Notes: generated by a model not told the origin, from the sequence alone. 32,000 nt of DNA from Dickeya dadantii NCPPB 898 (GCF_000406145.1 NZ_CM001976.1:1267263-1299262); one strand, 5' to 3'. Numbered from the stretch's first letter, positions 1-9,558 are shown. Translations and numbers: made by a program.

Positions 1-671
1 AGCTGCACTGCCAGCTCCTGATTATCCGGCGAGGCCGCCAGTTGCTGCTGCAATTGCTGGATTTCCGGCGTATCCGCCGCCTGTTTCATCAGTTCGATTT
101 GCGCCACCAGCCCGTGGTAACGGGTGTCCTGATCCTGCAGCGGGATCGCGTCCAGCACCGTTTGCGCGTCCTCGGTGCGGTTGAGCTGGATCTGCACTTC
201 CGCCAACAGCAGCGCGATATCGCTGCGTTTGGCGTCCAGTTGCCAGGCGTCTTTCAGCAGTACGGCCGCCTCTTTCAACTGGTTTTCCTGGATCAACTGC
301 TGAGCCTGCGCCAGTTTTAGGTCTTCGGCTTTGGGCAAGACCCGCTGCAGCAGGTCGCGGATAACCTCTTCCGGCTGCGGCCCCTGAAAACCGTCCACCG
401 GCTGACCGTCCTTGAACAGATAAACCGTCGGGATGGCGCGCAGGCCGAACTGGGCCGCCACGCGCTGCTCGGCGTCGCAATCCACTTTGGCCAGAATAAA
501 CTGACCGGCGTATTCCGCCGCCAGTTTGTCCAGCACCGGCTCCAGTTGCTGGCAATGGGTGCTGCGTTCGGACCAGAAATAGAACAGCACCGGGGCGCTC
601 ATGGACTGTTCCAGCACCTGATGCAGGTTGGTCTCGTTGATATCAATCGTGGTGGCGTGTTGTTCTAACAT
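1..671 (-). CDS. cnoX: Thioredoxin-domain/TPR co-chaperone CnoX (YbbN); the N-terminal ~223 codons are present and the CDS runs off the left edge
   Basis: Absent from the ORF track because no stop lies in the window. Manual minus-strand translation from the ATG at 671 gives [102 protein letters not shown]... This is colinear with E. coli YbbN as I recall it. The listed ORF 22..555(-) is a different, spurious frame. Confidence 0.9.
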   Translation of the reverse strand, partial: MLEQHATTIDINETNLHQVLEQSMSAPVLFYFWSERSTHCQQLEPVLDKLAAEYAGQFILAKVDCDAEQRVAAQFGLRAIPTVYLFKDGQPVDGFQGPQPEEVIRDLLQRVLPKAEDLKLAQAQQLIQENQLKEAAVLLKDAWQLDAKRSDIALLLAEVQIQLNRTEDAQTVLDAIPLQDQDTRYHGLVAQIELMKQAADTPEIQQLQQQLAASPDNQELAVQ

Positions 672-733
672 GTCATTCTCTCTTAGCCGTTTCAGCCATT
701 AATGGGGGCGATGTCCGCCACTTCAACCCCGAA

Positions 734-1510
734 TCAGGATTTTGTCCGCAACAGGTGATCAAGCACGCGGCCCGGCAACAGGCGACGCAGTACGGTGATA
801 CCGTGGGCGAGCAGCGTCACCGGGTAGCGCAGTTTCGGGCGCGGGCTTTCCAGCGCGTGAATCAGTTTGGGCAGCACCGCTTCCGGCGGCAGGGTAAAGC
901 GACTGGCGATGCCGGGGTTGGTGACCGGCTTATCCTGCTGCGTTTGATCGACATTGTGGGTGAACCTGGTGCTGATCGGGCCGGGTTCGATCAGTGATAC
1001 GTGCAAACCGCTGCCGTGCAGTTCCATGCGCAACGCGTCGGACCAGGCTTCCAGCGCGTATTTGCTGGCGGCGTAAGCGCCGCGCCCCGGGGTGGAGATC
1101 AACCCCATCACCGAGCTGGTCTGGATAATTCGCCCTTCGCCGTGAGGCAACATGGCCGGCAGCAGCAACTGGGTCAACTGATGAGTACCGAACAGATTGC
1201 TGGAGAATTGTTGCTCCAGTTGCTGACGGGAAATGGTGTTGAGCGGCCCGTACAACCCGTAACCGGCGTTGTTGAACAGGCCGTAGAGCCGGTTGCCGGT
1301 CAGGGTAATCACGACGTCGGCGGCCTGCCTGACGCTGGCGCTGCTGTCGAGATCCAGATCGATCCCCTCAAAACCCAGCGAGTTCATGCGCGCCACATCC
1401 TGATGACGGCGGCAGGCCGCCAGTACGCGATAGCCGCGTTGTTGCAAACATTGAGCGGCAATCAGGCCAATGCCGCTGGAGCAACCAGTAATCAAAACCG
1501 CTTTTTGCAT
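734..1510 (-). CDS. ybbO: Short-chain dehydrogenase/reductase, YbbO-like NADP-dependent aldehyde reductase
   Basis: 258 aa ORF. It has the N-terminal TGCSSGIG Rossmann motif and the YAASK catalytic motif of classical SDRs, strong similarity to E. coli YbbO, and conserved position between cnoX and tesA. Confidence 0.85.
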   Translation of the reverse strand: MQKAVLITGCSSGIGLIAAQCLQQRGYRVLAACRRHQDVARMNSLGFEGIDLDLDSSASVRQAADVVITLTGNRLYGLFNNAGYGLYGPLNTISRQQLEQQFSSNLFGTHQLTQLLLPAMLPHGEGRIIQTSSVMGLISTPGRGAYAASKYALEAWSDALRMELHGSGLHVSLIEPGPISTRFTHNVDQTQQDKPVTNPGIASRFTLPPEAVLPKLIHALESPRPKLRYPVTLLAHGITVLRRLLPGRVLDHLLRTKS

Positions 1511-1722
1511 AACTTTACCTAATGAAAACGCTTAAATATCAAGAGTCGTGGTTAACTAGTAATCTTTACTGACTTAGAACCTATCCCATTAGGACTATTA
1601 CTCGCTGCGCTCGCCCGTTGGGCCGGACAATTGCCTTGTCCGTTCAACATGTGTTGCGTGTTGTCTCAGCGGCTTCCCGTGTCCGAACTGGCTGCGCCAA
1701 TGACGCCTGATAGGATCGGTTC

Positions 1723-2364
1723 TTAGTGCTGATTAACAACGGGTTCGAGCTGTTTTGCCATCCATCCGGCGATAAACGGCTGGGCATCGCGATTGGGATG
1801 GATGCCATCATCCTGCATCCATTCCGGTTTGAGATAAACCTGCTCCATGAAAAACGGCAGCAACGGAATATCAAACTTTTTGGCGAGGCGCGGATAAACA
1901 GCACTGAACGATTCGGTATAGCGTCGCCCGTAGTTGGCTGGCAAGCGGATTTGCATCAGCAGCGGTTGGGCGTTGGCCGTCTTGACCTGGGTAATGATGC
2001 TGGCGAGATCCCGCTCTACGTTCTGCGGGGGGAAACCACGCAGCCCGTCATTGCCGCCCAGCTCGATCAACACCCAGCGCGGCTGGTGCTGTTGCAGCAA
2101 TGTCGACAGACGCGCCAGCCCCTGCGTTGCCGTGTCGCCGCTGATACTGGCGTTCACCACCCGGACCTTGGGCGCGGGAGATCTGGACTGCCAGTTTGCA
2201 TCCAGCAGCGAAGGCCAGGCCTGATTCGCCGCCATACGATAGCCGGCGCTCAGGCTGTCGCCCAGTACCAACAACGTATCCGCCGCGAAGGCGCGCAGAC
2301 TGAACAGGCCCCAAAATAGAAGGACAACGACATGCCAGCGGAAAACATTCTTGAAGTTCATCAT
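1723..2364 (-). CDS. tesA: Periplasmic acyl-CoA thioesterase I / lysophospholipase L1 (SGNH/GDSL hydrolase)
   Basis: ORF 1723..2559 trimmed to the MMNFKNVFRW start at 2364, matching the E. coli TesA N-terminus. A signal peptide ends ...LRAFA/ADT, followed by the GDSL block LVLGDSLSAGY and a C-terminal DGIHPN block. Confidence 0.9.
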   Translation of the reverse strand: MMNFKNVFRWHVVVLLFWGLFSLRAFAADTLLVLGDSLSAGYRMAANQAWPSLLDANWQSRSPAPKVRVVNASISGDTATQGLARLSTLLQQHQPRWVLIELGGNDGLRGFPPQNVERDLASIITQVKTANAQPLLMQIRLPANYGRRYTESFSAVYPRLAKKFDIPLLPFFMEQVYLKPEWMQDDGIHPNRDAQPFIAGWMAKQLEPVVNQH

Positions 2365-3018
2365 CTTAGTAAGCACGTTGGTCAGGGGGAACATCAGCTC
2401 TCCATCCTCACCGGAGTTGAGCTGGTTGTCAAACCTGCGCAGACCATTGCGTTGGTGGGCGAATCCGGTTCGGGAAAATCCACCTTGCTGGGAATTCTGG
2501 CCGGGCTGGATGACGGCAGCAGCGGACAGGTGTCGCTGCTCGGTCAGCAACTGGACCAACTGGACGAGGAAGGACGGGCGGCGCTGCGGGCGAAGGACGT
2601 AGGATTCGTGTTCCAGTCTTTTATGCTGGTGCCTACGTTGACCGCACTGGAAAACGTGCAGTTACCGGCGTTGCTGCGCGGTGAAAGCGATCGCCAGAGC
2701 CGCCAGCAGGCGGAGCAACTGTTGCAGCAGCTCGGTCTGGGCGCGCGGTTGCAGCATCTGCCGGCGCAGCTTTCCGGCGGCGAGCAGCAGCGTGTGGCGC
2801 TGGCGCGCGCATTTAGCGGTCGCCCTCGGGTGCTGTTCGCCGATGAACCGACCGGCAACCTGGATCGTCATACCGGCGAGCGCATTGCCAACCTGTTGTT
2901 TTCCCTCAACCGTGACTTTGCCACCACCCTGATTCTGGTAACGCATGACGAGCAACTGGCGGCGCGCTGTGAACGTTGCCTGCGGCTGCTCGACGGCAAA
3001 CTGTGGGAGGACGCATGA
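2332..3018 (+). CDS. ybbA: ABC transporter ATP-binding protein YbbA (MacB/LolD-like)
   Basis: 228 aa. Walker A GESGSGKST, signature LSGGEQQR and Walker B LFADEPT are present. Near-identical over long stretches to E. coli YbbA. Its stop overlaps the ybbP start (ATGA at 3015-3018). Confidence 0.9.
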   Translation: MPAENILEVHHLSKHVGQGEHQLSILTGVELVVKPAQTIALVGESGSGKSTLLGILAGLDDGSSGQVSLLGQQLDQLDEEGRAALRAKDVGFVFQSFMLVPTLTALENVQLPALLRGESDRQSRQQAEQLLQQLGLGARLQHLPAQLSGGEQQRVALARAFSGRPRVLFADEPTGNLDRHTGERIANLLFSLNRDFATTLILVTHDEQLAARCERCLRLLDGKLWEDA

Positions 3019-5447
3019 TCTGGCGTTGGTTTTGGCGGGAGTGGCGCTCGCCGTCGTTGCTGATTGTCTGGCTGGCGTTGACGCTGTCGGTGGCCTGCGT
3101 GCTGGCGCTCGGTGCTATCAGCGACCGCATGGAGAAGGGGCTGAGCCAGCAGAGTCGGGACTTCCTGGCCGGCGACCGCGTGCTGCGGGCGTCCCGTCCG
3201 GTGGATGAGAACTGGCTGCAACAGGCGCAGCAGCAGGGGCTGACGCAGAGCCGGCAGGTATCGTTCATGACCATGACCTACGCGGGCGACAACGCGCAAC
3301 TGGCGCAGGTCAAGGCTACCGACGAGCGTTATCCGCTGTATGGCGAGTTGAAAACCCAGCCGGCCGGGCTGCGGGTAGCGCCGGGTACGGTGCTGGCCGC
3401 GCCGCGTCTGCTGGCCTTGCTGGGGTTGAAGGCGGGCGACCGGCTGGATGTCGGGGATACCTCATTGATCATCGCCGGGGAGCTGGTGCAGGAGCCGGAC
3501 GCCGGCTTTAACCCGTTTGAGACGGCGCCGCGGGTGCTGATGAATCTGGCGGATGTGGAAAAAACCGGCGCCATTCAGCCCGGCGGACGTATTACCTGGC
3601 GCTATATGTTTGCCGGTACGCCGTCGCAAATCGCCCGTTTCAGCGACGTGATCAAACCGCAGTTGAAGCCGGATCAGCGCTGGTACGGCATGGAGGATTC
3701 GCAAAGCGCGCTGGGCAAATCTCTGCAACGCTCCCAGCAGTTTCTGTTGCTGTCGGCATTGCTGACCCTGCTGCTGTCGGTGGCGGCGGTGGCGGTGGCG
3801 ATGGGGCATTACTGCCGTAGCCGCTACGATCTGGTGGCGGTGCTGAAAACGCTGGGTGCCGGGCGGCAGGCGCTGCGTCGGTTAATCGTCGGGCAGTGGG
3901 TATCGGTGCTGGCGTTGTCGGCGTTGTGCGGCAGTCTGCTGGGAATGGGGTTCGAGGCGCTGCTGATACGCGCGCTTTCACCGGTGTTGCCCGGCGAATT
4001 ACCGGCCGCCGGGCTGTGGCCGTGGAGCTGGGCGCTGGGCACGCTGGTGCTGATTTCGCTGCTGGTGGGGATGCGTCCTTACCGGCAACTGCTGGCGACC
4101 CAGCCGCTGCGGGTGTTGCGTCAGGATGTGGTGGCGAATGTCTGGCCGCTGCGCTACTACCTGCCGGTAGTGGCGGTGGTGGTAATCGGTTTGCTGGTGA
4201 TACTGTCCGGCGGCGGCGCGCTGTTATGGTCGTTGCTGGGCGGTATGTTGGCGTTGGCGCTGCTGCTCGGCGGCATTGGCTGGGGTAGCCTGCTGCTGCT
4301 GCGCCGCCTGACGCTGAAAACGCTGTCGCTGCGCCTTGCCATTAACCGTCTGCTGCGTCAGCCGTGGGTGACGCTGGGCCAGTTGGCGGCGTTTTCGCTG
4401 TCTTTCATGCTGCTGGCGTTGCTGCTGCTGTTGCGCGGCGATTTGCTGGAACGCTGGCAGCAGCAGTTGCTGCCCGGCAGCCCTAATTATTTCGTGCTGA
4501 ATATCAGCGCCGATCAGGTGCCGCAGGTAACGGATTTTCTGGCGCAGCATCAGGTGAAACCGGAAACGTTCTACCCGATTATTCGTGCCCGTCTGAAGGA
4601 AATCAACGGGCTGCGGGCCACCGATCTGGTGCATGAGGATGACCCCGGCGGGGAAACCGTCAACCGCGAACTGAACCTGACCTGGCTGACCCAACTGCCG
4701 GACCATAATCCGCTGGTGGCGGGGCTGTGGCCGCCGAAAGCGGGCGAGGTATCGATAGAGCAAGGCGTGGCGCAACGCCTTGGGGTGAAGATCGGCGATT
4801 CGCTGACCTTCACCGGCGATACTCAGCCGTTTCAGGCTACGATCAGCAGCCTGCGGCAGGTGGACTGGGAAAGCCTGCGACCGAATTTCTTCTTCATTTT
4901 TCCGCCCGGCTCGCTGGATAGTCAGCCGCAGTCATGGCTGACCAGTTTCCGCTATGAAGGCGGGGATACGTTGATCACCCAACTGAACCGCCAGTTTCCG
5001 ACGCTGACGGTGCTGGATGTCGGCGCCATTCTCAAGCAGATCGGCACCGTGTTGCAGCAGGTGGGGCTGGCGCTGGAAGTGATGGTGGTGCTGGTGCTGT
5101 TCTGCGGCGCGTTGTTGTTGCTGGCGCAGATTCAGGTTGGCATGCGCCAGCGGCGTCAGGAATTGATCGTGTATCGCACGCTGGGAGCCGGGCGTCGTTT
5201 GTTGCGCGCCACGCTGTGGTGGGAATTTGCGGTGCTGGGGCTGTCCGCCGGCGTGGCGGCGGCGCTGGGCGCGGAAGCGGCGTTATGGCTGCTGCAACGC
5301 AAGGTGTTCGATTTTCCGTGGCAGCCGAATTTGTGGCTGTGGGGCGGACTGCCGGTAGTGGCGACGCTGCTGTTGTCGCTGTATGGCGGCTGGCTGGGGT
5401 TGCGATTGCTGCGCGGCAATGCGCTGTTCCGGCGTTATCACGCCTGA
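3015..5447 (+). CDS. ybbP: FtsX/MacB-type ABC transporter permease YbbP (duplicated FtsX-domain protein)
   Basis: ORF 2976..5447 trimmed to MIWRWFWREWRSPSLLIVW at 3015, the same N-terminus as E. coli YbbP and ATGA-coupled to ybbA. It is ~810 aa with two hydrophobic FtsX-like blocks separated by large soluble domains. Confidence 0.9.
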   Translation: MIWRWFWREWRSPSLLIVWLALTLSVACVLALGAISDRMEKGLSQQSRDFLAGDRVLRASRPVDENWLQQAQQQGLTQSRQVSFMTMTYAGDNAQLAQVKATDERYPLYGELKTQPAGLRVAPGTVLAAPRLLALLGLKAGDRLDVGDTSLIIAGELVQEPDAGFNPFETAPRVLMNLADVEKTGAIQPGGRITWRYMFAGTPSQIARFSDVIKPQLKPDQRWYGMEDSQSALGKSLQRSQQFLLLSALLTLLLSVAAVAVAMGHYCRSRYDLVAVLKTLGAGRQALRRLIVGQWVSVLALSALCGSLLGMGFEALLIRALSPVLPGELPAAGLWPWSWALGTLVLISLLVGMRPYRQLLATQPLRVLRQDVVANVWPLRYYLPVVAVVVIGLLVILSGGGALLWSLLGGMLALALLLGGIGWGSLLLLRRLTLKTLSLRLAINRLLRQPWVTLGQLAAFSLSFMLLALLLLLRGDLLERWQQQLLPGSPNYFVLNISADQVPQVTDFLAQHQVKPETFYPIIRARLKEINGLRATDLVHEDDPGGETVNRELNLTWLTQLPDHNPLVAGLWPPKAGEVSIEQGVAQRLGVKIGDSLTFTGDTQPFQATISSLRQVDWESLRPNFFFIFPPGSLDSQPQSWLTSFRYEGGDTLITQLNRQFPTLTVLDVGAILKQIGTVLQQVGLALEVMVVLVLFCGALLLLAQIQVGMRQRRQELIVYRTLGAGRRLLRATLWWEFAVLGLSAGVAAALGAEAALWLLQRKVFDFPWQPNLWLWGGLPVVATLLLSLYGGWLGLRLLRGNALFRRYHA

Positions 5448-5464
5448 TGCCGCGATAAACGCTT

Positions 5465-5494
5465 AAAAGCCAGAACTTGTCTCTGGCTTTTTTA
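5465..5494. terminator. Bidirectional intrinsic terminator between convergent ybbP and speG
   Basis: AAAAGCCAGA-acttgtc-TCTGGCTTTTTT. The stem is flanked by an A-run on the left and a T-run on the right, so it can terminate both strands. Confidence 0.75.
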
Positions 5495-5506
5495 ACCGTC
5501 GTGTTA

Positions 5507-6088
5507 TTAACGGGTGATATTGCCTTCGCCGTGTTTGCCGCTGGGGTTTTTGCATTTCGCCAGATACTGATGCTGGAAAATACACATCCGGATAGTGTTG
5601 CGGTATTCGCCGTTGATGAAAAATTCGTGAATCAACTCGCCTTCCACCTCAAACCCCAGCTTGGTGTAGATGTGGATCGCCTTCTGGTTCTCCTTGTCCA
5701 CAATCAGGTACAGCTTGTAGAGGTTGAGAATCGAAAAACCGTAATCCATCGCCAGCCGGGCGGCGGCACTGGCATAGCCCCGGCCCTGATGAGCAGGGTC
5801 GATGATGATCTGGAATTCGGCCCGGCGGTGGATATGGTTGATGTCCACCAGTTCTACTAATCCGACCTTGATGGCATCGTGCTCGATGATAAAACGACGC
5901 TCGCTCTGGTCGTGAATGTGTTTGTCGTACAGGTCGCTCAGTTCGACAAATGCTTCGTAAGGCTCTTCGAACCAGTAGCGCATCACGCTGGCGTTGTTGT
6001 CCAACTGATGGACGAAGCTGAGGTCGTCGCGCTCCAGCGGCCGCAGGCGCACGACTTCATGGATGTTGGGTTCATGGGTGTCTGGCAT
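5507..6088 (-). CDS. speG: Spermidine N1-acetyltransferase (GNAT family)
   Basis: 193 aa, with long identical runs to E. coli SpeG ([63 protein letters not shown]). Confidence 0.9.
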   Translation of the reverse strand: MPDTHEPNIHEVVRLRPLERDDLSFVHQLDNNASVMRYWFEEPYEAFVELSDLYDKHIHDQSERRFIIEHDAIKVGLVELVDINHIHRRAEFQIIIDPAHQGRGYASAAARLAMDYGFSILNLYKLYLIVDKENQKAIHIYTKLGFEVEGELIHEFFINGEYRNTIRMCIFQHQYLAKCKNPSGKHGEGNITR

Positions 6089-6158
6089 AAGGTATCCTGC
6101 TAGTGGGCTACTAGGGCGTGACGTTAACCAGCTTGCGGGAACGGGTCAATCGGTGGGC

Positions 6159-6203
6159 GGCGAAAGTGTGGAAAGTACGTGCGGAAAGAACGTGTGGAAA
6201 GAC
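6159..6203. repeat. Tandem degenerate 12-13 bp repeat, about 3.5 copies of GTG(N)GGAAAG(N2-3)
   Basis: Plus-strand reading: GGCGAAAGT GTGGAAAGTAC GTGCGGAAAGAAC GTGTGGAAAGAC. It sits between the receptor-gene terminator hairpin and a plausible speG promoter (-35 TTGACC at 6149-6144, 17-nt spacer, -10 TAACGT at 6126-6121, minus strand). Confidence 0.6.
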
Positions 6204-6227
6204 GCGCAGCCTTGATGCAGGCTGCGC
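6204..6227 (-). terminator. Putative terminator hairpin downstream of the TonB-dependent receptor gene
   Basis: Perfect 9-bp GC-rich stem GCGCAGCCT-tgatgc-AGGCTGCGC located 24 nt after the stop. On the minus strand it is followed only by GTCTTTCC, a weak U-tract. Confidence 0.5.
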
Positions 6228-6250
6228 GATTCAGTGGGTGGTTCCGATGA

Positions 6251-8404
6251 TTAGAAATCGACGCTGGCGCGCAGCACCACTTCACGCGGGTCGCCAATCG
6301 CCACACGCAGGTTATTGCCGCTCGACGGGTAGTAGGTTTTGTCGAACAGGTTTTTGACGTTGAGCTGCCACTTCACCTTATAACCGTTGATCGGCACGCT
6401 GTAGGTGACAAAGGCGTCCGCCACCGTGTAGTCGTCAAGGAAGAAGCTGTTGGCGGCGTCGCCGGGGCGACGGCCGACGTAGCGAGCACCGACGCCGGCG
6501 CGCAGATCGTCGCCGGCGTGCAGGCCCAGATTACCGAAGTCGTTGGTCAGGAACAGCGAGGCGGTATGACGCGCCACGTTGGTCATCTCATTGCCCTGAT
6601 TATCCGGGTCTGAGGTGACGCGGGCATCGGTAAACGCGTAGGTGCCAATCAGGCTCAGGCTGTCGGTCAGTTTGCCTGCCACATCCACTTCCACCCCTTG
6701 CGAACGAACCTTGCCGGCGGTGCGGGTGACGGTTTCTCCGTTCACCAGCTCGCTAACCATTACGTTGCGCTTCTGGATATCGAACAGCGCCAGGTTGGCG
6801 GTCACGCGGTTGGGCAGATCCAGCTTGGCGCCTACTTCGTAAGACTTGCCGGTTTCCGGCGCCATTGACCCAATCTGGGTGGCGATCGAGGTGTTGGGTT
6901 TGAACGACTCGCTGTAACTGGCGTACAGCGATGACCAGGAGTTCAGGTTGTAGACCACCCCGGCGCGCGGTACCAGTCGGCTGTCGGAGCCATCGGTATT
7001 GGTAACGAACGGACGCCCTTTGCCTGACATCACATCAAAGCGGTCGTAACGCACGCCGCCCAGCAGCATCCAGTTTTCATCCAGACGCATAGCATCCTGC
7101 ATAAAGATACCGGTGCTATCGACGTTCTCGCGCTGGTCGCTGTCCGCCGCGCTGACGGTGGTGGAGGCCGGTTGCAAGCCGTAGACCGGGTTATAGACGT
7201 TGAAACTGTAACGCTGGGTGCTGCGCAACATATCGCCGCGATGGGTGCGGTCGGCTTCGTGGTCCACGCCAAACAGCAACTGATGGTTGATGCTGCCCCA
7301 GTCGATATCGCCGTTCAGCGTCAGTTGCACGTTCTGCGACTGGCTGCGGGCGTCGGCGGTCGCATCGGCCTGACGTGTCAGGATGCCGGTGGTGGCGTTA
7401 TAGCTGGTGGCGCGTGCCTGATTGTCGTTGTAAGTATTACGACTGTAGGCGTAATTCAGCTTGGTTTTCCAGCGATCGTTAATGGCGCTTTCCATCTGGA
7501 AGGTCAGCGTGTCCTGATCGCCGCGGGTGGCGTTGTAAGCTTCGTCAAACCGGCGTTCGCGCGGGGTATTGACCGGTTTGCCGGTGCGGCTGTCGATCAC
7601 CGTGCCGCGATCGAACGGCGTCAGGTATTCCATGTGCTCGTAAGAGACCCGCACGGTGGTGTTTTCACCGTACCACATCAGCGACGGCGCAATGGTGGTC
7701 TGGCGGTTGCGGCCGAAATTGCGCCAGTAGTCGGTTTCATCGTGATCGACGATCATGCGGTAGGCCAGGCCGGAGGTGCCGAGCGGGCCGGTGACGTCCA
7801 ACTGACCGCCGCCGCCGTTGAAGCTGCTGTTCCAGCCTTCGATATGGGTTTTCTGCACCAGTTCCGGCTTTTTGCTGATGATGTTGATCATACCGCCGGG
7901 TTCGCCCCAGCCGTACAGCATCGACGCCGGTCCTTTCAGCACTTCCACCCGTTCGGTGGTTGGGGTGACGTTGCGCGCCTGAATCGAACGCATGCCGTCG
8001 CGCAGGATGGAACCGTCACGGTTATCGCCGAAACCGCGCTTCATCACCGCATCCTGCGTCCCGCCGAGGGTGTTAGCCTGGGTGATGCCGCTGACGTTGT
8101 ACAACGCTTCATCAAGATTTCTGGCCGCCTGATCTTCCAGCACCTGCTGTGGCACCACATTGACGGCTTGCGGGATGTCCAGCAGGCGGCTGTCGGTGCG
8201 GGTGCCGGTGACGGCGTTGTGCGGCTGGTAGCCGGTTTCCCGTGCGCCGCTGGCAGGCGTGCTGGCGGTCACCACCATCGTGTCGTCCTGCTTTTTGGTA
8301 TTTTTTGCGGCGGCGTCGCTATCGGCCGACGTGGTGGCGGCTTGCAGACTGAAAGGCAGCAGGGCCAGCAGCGGCCAGCCCTTTTGCCAATGAAGGTTAT
8401 TCAT
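6251..8404 (-). CDS. TonB-dependent outer-membrane siderophore receptor
   Basis: 717 aa. Signal peptide (...FSLQA/ATT), TonB-box-like DDTMVVTAS, plug-domain motifs (IPQAVNVV..., RVEVLKGPASMLYG), a long beta-barrel region and a C-terminal ...LRASVDF with terminal Phe. There is no N-terminal FecA-type signalling extension. Substrate cannot be called from sequence alone. Confidence 0.85.
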   Translation of the reverse strand: MNNLHWQKGWPLLALLPFSLQAATTSADSDAAAKNTKKQDDTMVVTASTPASGARETGYQPHNAVTGTRTDSRLLDIPQAVNVVPQQVLEDQAARNLDEALYNVSGITQANTLGGTQDAVMKRGFGDNRDGSILRDGMRSIQARNVTPTTERVEVLKGPASMLYGWGEPGGMINIISKKPELVQKTHIEGWNSSFNGGGGQLDVTGPLGTSGLAYRMIVDHDETDYWRNFGRNRQTTIAPSLMWYGENTTVRVSYEHMEYLTPFDRGTVIDSRTGKPVNTPRERRFDEAYNATRGDQDTLTFQMESAINDRWKTKLNYAYSRNTYNDNQARATSYNATTGILTRQADATADARSQSQNVQLTLNGDIDWGSINHQLLFGVDHEADRTHRGDMLRSTQRYSFNVYNPVYGLQPASTTVSAADSDQRENVDSTGIFMQDAMRLDENWMLLGGVRYDRFDVMSGKGRPFVTNTDGSDSRLVPRAGVVYNLNSWSSLYASYSESFKPNTSIATQIGSMAPETGKSYEVGAKLDLPNRVTANLALFDIQKRNVMVSELVNGETVTRTAGKVRSQGVEVDVAGKLTDSLSLIGTYAFTDARVTSDPDNQGNEMTNVARHTASLFLTNDFGNLGLHAGDDLRAGVGARYVGRRPGDAANSFFLDDYTVADAFVTYSVPINGYKVKWQLNVKNLFDKTYYPSSGNNLRVAIGDPREVVLRASVDF

Positions 8405-9506
8405 GTGTTAACTGACTCCAATAGGTCCCTGAAAAATCAAGCGGTAAAAACTGTTGATAGAGTTGTTGTAAGGTGCGCTGCGGGTCGATGTCGCCAAACA
8501 GCGTCGGATAGAGGGCTTTGGCGAACATTTCCACCATCACCACGTGATACGGGCTGAGATAAAAATTGTGCCACATGCTCCAGGCGCGGCCGGTGCCGAC
8601 GGCACTCAGATGTGAGAGCAGCGGTTCCTGCATCAGCAGGGTGCGGAAACTGTCGCTGGCCTGCCGGGGGGTAACGTCCGGGCCGAGCATCAGGTCGGAA
8701 AGGCGTTTGCCGTCCGGTCCGGCCATGCCGGTGGCGATGTAGACATCCGGTCTGGCGGCTAACGCCTGTTCCGGGCTGAGTTCGCCGTATACGCCTTTCA
8801 CCTTGCCGGCGGCGATGTTGTCGCCGCCGGCGAAGGCCAGCAGTTCGCCGAGATTGCCGTTGACCGCCGTGGTGCAGCAGGTGTCGCGGCGGCCAAGATG
8901 CAGGTGCAGCATCACCGTGGTTTTGCGGCCCTGATACTGCGCCAGCCGCGCTTTGACGGCGTCCATGTGCTGCTGGTAGAACGCGATAAACGCGTCGGCG
9001 CGTGACGACCGATTGAGCGCGTCGCCGAGCAGGCGCAGGCTGGGCACGGTGTTTTTCAGCAGGTCAACGCGCAGGTCGACATAAATATAGGGGATGCCCG
9101 CCTGAGTCAGCGCCTGCTGGATGCTTTGTTCGTTGTCGGCGCCTTTAGCCAGTCGCGGCAGGATCACCAGATCCGGTTTAAGCGGCAGCAGGGCTTCCGC
9201 GTTGACGTTGTTGAGATTGCCGTTACCCAACTGCGGGATGCGAGCAATGTCGGGAAACTTGGCGATGTAGTGGTTCCAGCTTTGGGCATCGTAACGTGCC
9301 AGGTCGCCCGGCCATCCCACCACGCGTTGCGCCGGGTTGCCCGGTTCCAGCAAGGCCAGCGTATACAGCATGCGGCTTTCGCCCAGCGCGATGCGCTGCG
9401 GGTTATCGGGAATCGTAACCTGACGACCGGTGATGTCAGTGACGGTTTTGGCCTGCGTCAGCGGGCTGAACCCGAGCACGACAAAGAGGAGAAAAACGAT
9501 GCGCAT
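8397..9506 (-). CDS. Periplasmic binding protein of the iron-siderophore/cobalamin ABC class (Peripla_BP_2/FhuD-FecB-like)
   Basis: 369 aa. Signal peptide MRIVFLLFVVLGFSPLTQA/KT, then the characteristic N-terminal block VTDITGRQVTIPDNPQRIAL and LKPDLVI. Its stop overlaps the receptor start by 8 nt (ATGAATAA at 8404-8397). Confidence 0.75.
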   Translation of the reverse strand: MRIVFLLFVVLGFSPLTQAKTVTDITGRQVTIPDNPQRIALGESRMLYTLALLEPGNPAQRVVGWPGDLARYDAQSWNHYIAKFPDIARIPQLGNGNLNNVNAEALLPLKPDLVILPRLAKGADNEQSIQQALTQAGIPYIYVDLRVDLLKNTVPSLRLLGDALNRSSRADAFIAFYQQHMDAVKARLAQYQGRKTTVMLHLHLGRRDTCCTTAVNGNLGELLAFAGGDNIAAGKVKGVYGELSPEQALAARPDVYIATGMAGPDGKRLSDLMLGPDVTPRQASDSFRTLLMQEPLLSHLSAVGTGRAWSMWHNFYLSPYHVVMVEMFAKALYPTLFGDIDPQRTLQQLYQQFLPLDFSGTYWSQLTHE

Positions 9507-9558
9507 GTTCTTTTCTCGTAAAAAATAAGGCTGTTCGCGTCAAAATGAGGCAGGAAAA

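Noticed and set aside
22-555. 177-aa minus-strand ORF ([13 protein letters not shown]...) and 92-aa plus-strand ORF at the left edge
   Set aside because: Both are wrong frames over cnoX. The real cnoX frame starts at the ATG at 671 and stays open to position 1, which is why it is missing from the ORF track.
1511-1722. 212-bp tesA-ybbO spacer with a 7-bp hairpin (CGGACAA-ggcaa-TTGTCCG, about 1622-1640) considered as a small RNA or terminator
   Set aside because: No U-tract, no convincing promoter and no tRNA-like or known sRNA features. It may simply hold the ybbO promoter and a weak tesA terminator. Evidence is insufficient for a feature call.
2365-2559. N-terminal extensions suggested by the longest-ORF coordinates (tesA to 2559, ybbP from 2976, upp from 18923, dapA from 25064, tmcA from 28599, and several others)
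   Set aside because: Homolog N-termini, SD positions and overlap or coupling signals all support the shorter starts. The extensions run into neighbouring genes or promoters.
7172-8557. 461-aa ORF on the plus strand, antisense to the TonB-dependent receptor gene
   Set aside because: It is entirely nested antisense to a well-supported gene in GC-rich DNA. The product is low-complexity (A/G/V/R/H-rich) with no recognisable motifs or RBS. This is a typical high-GC shadow ORF.
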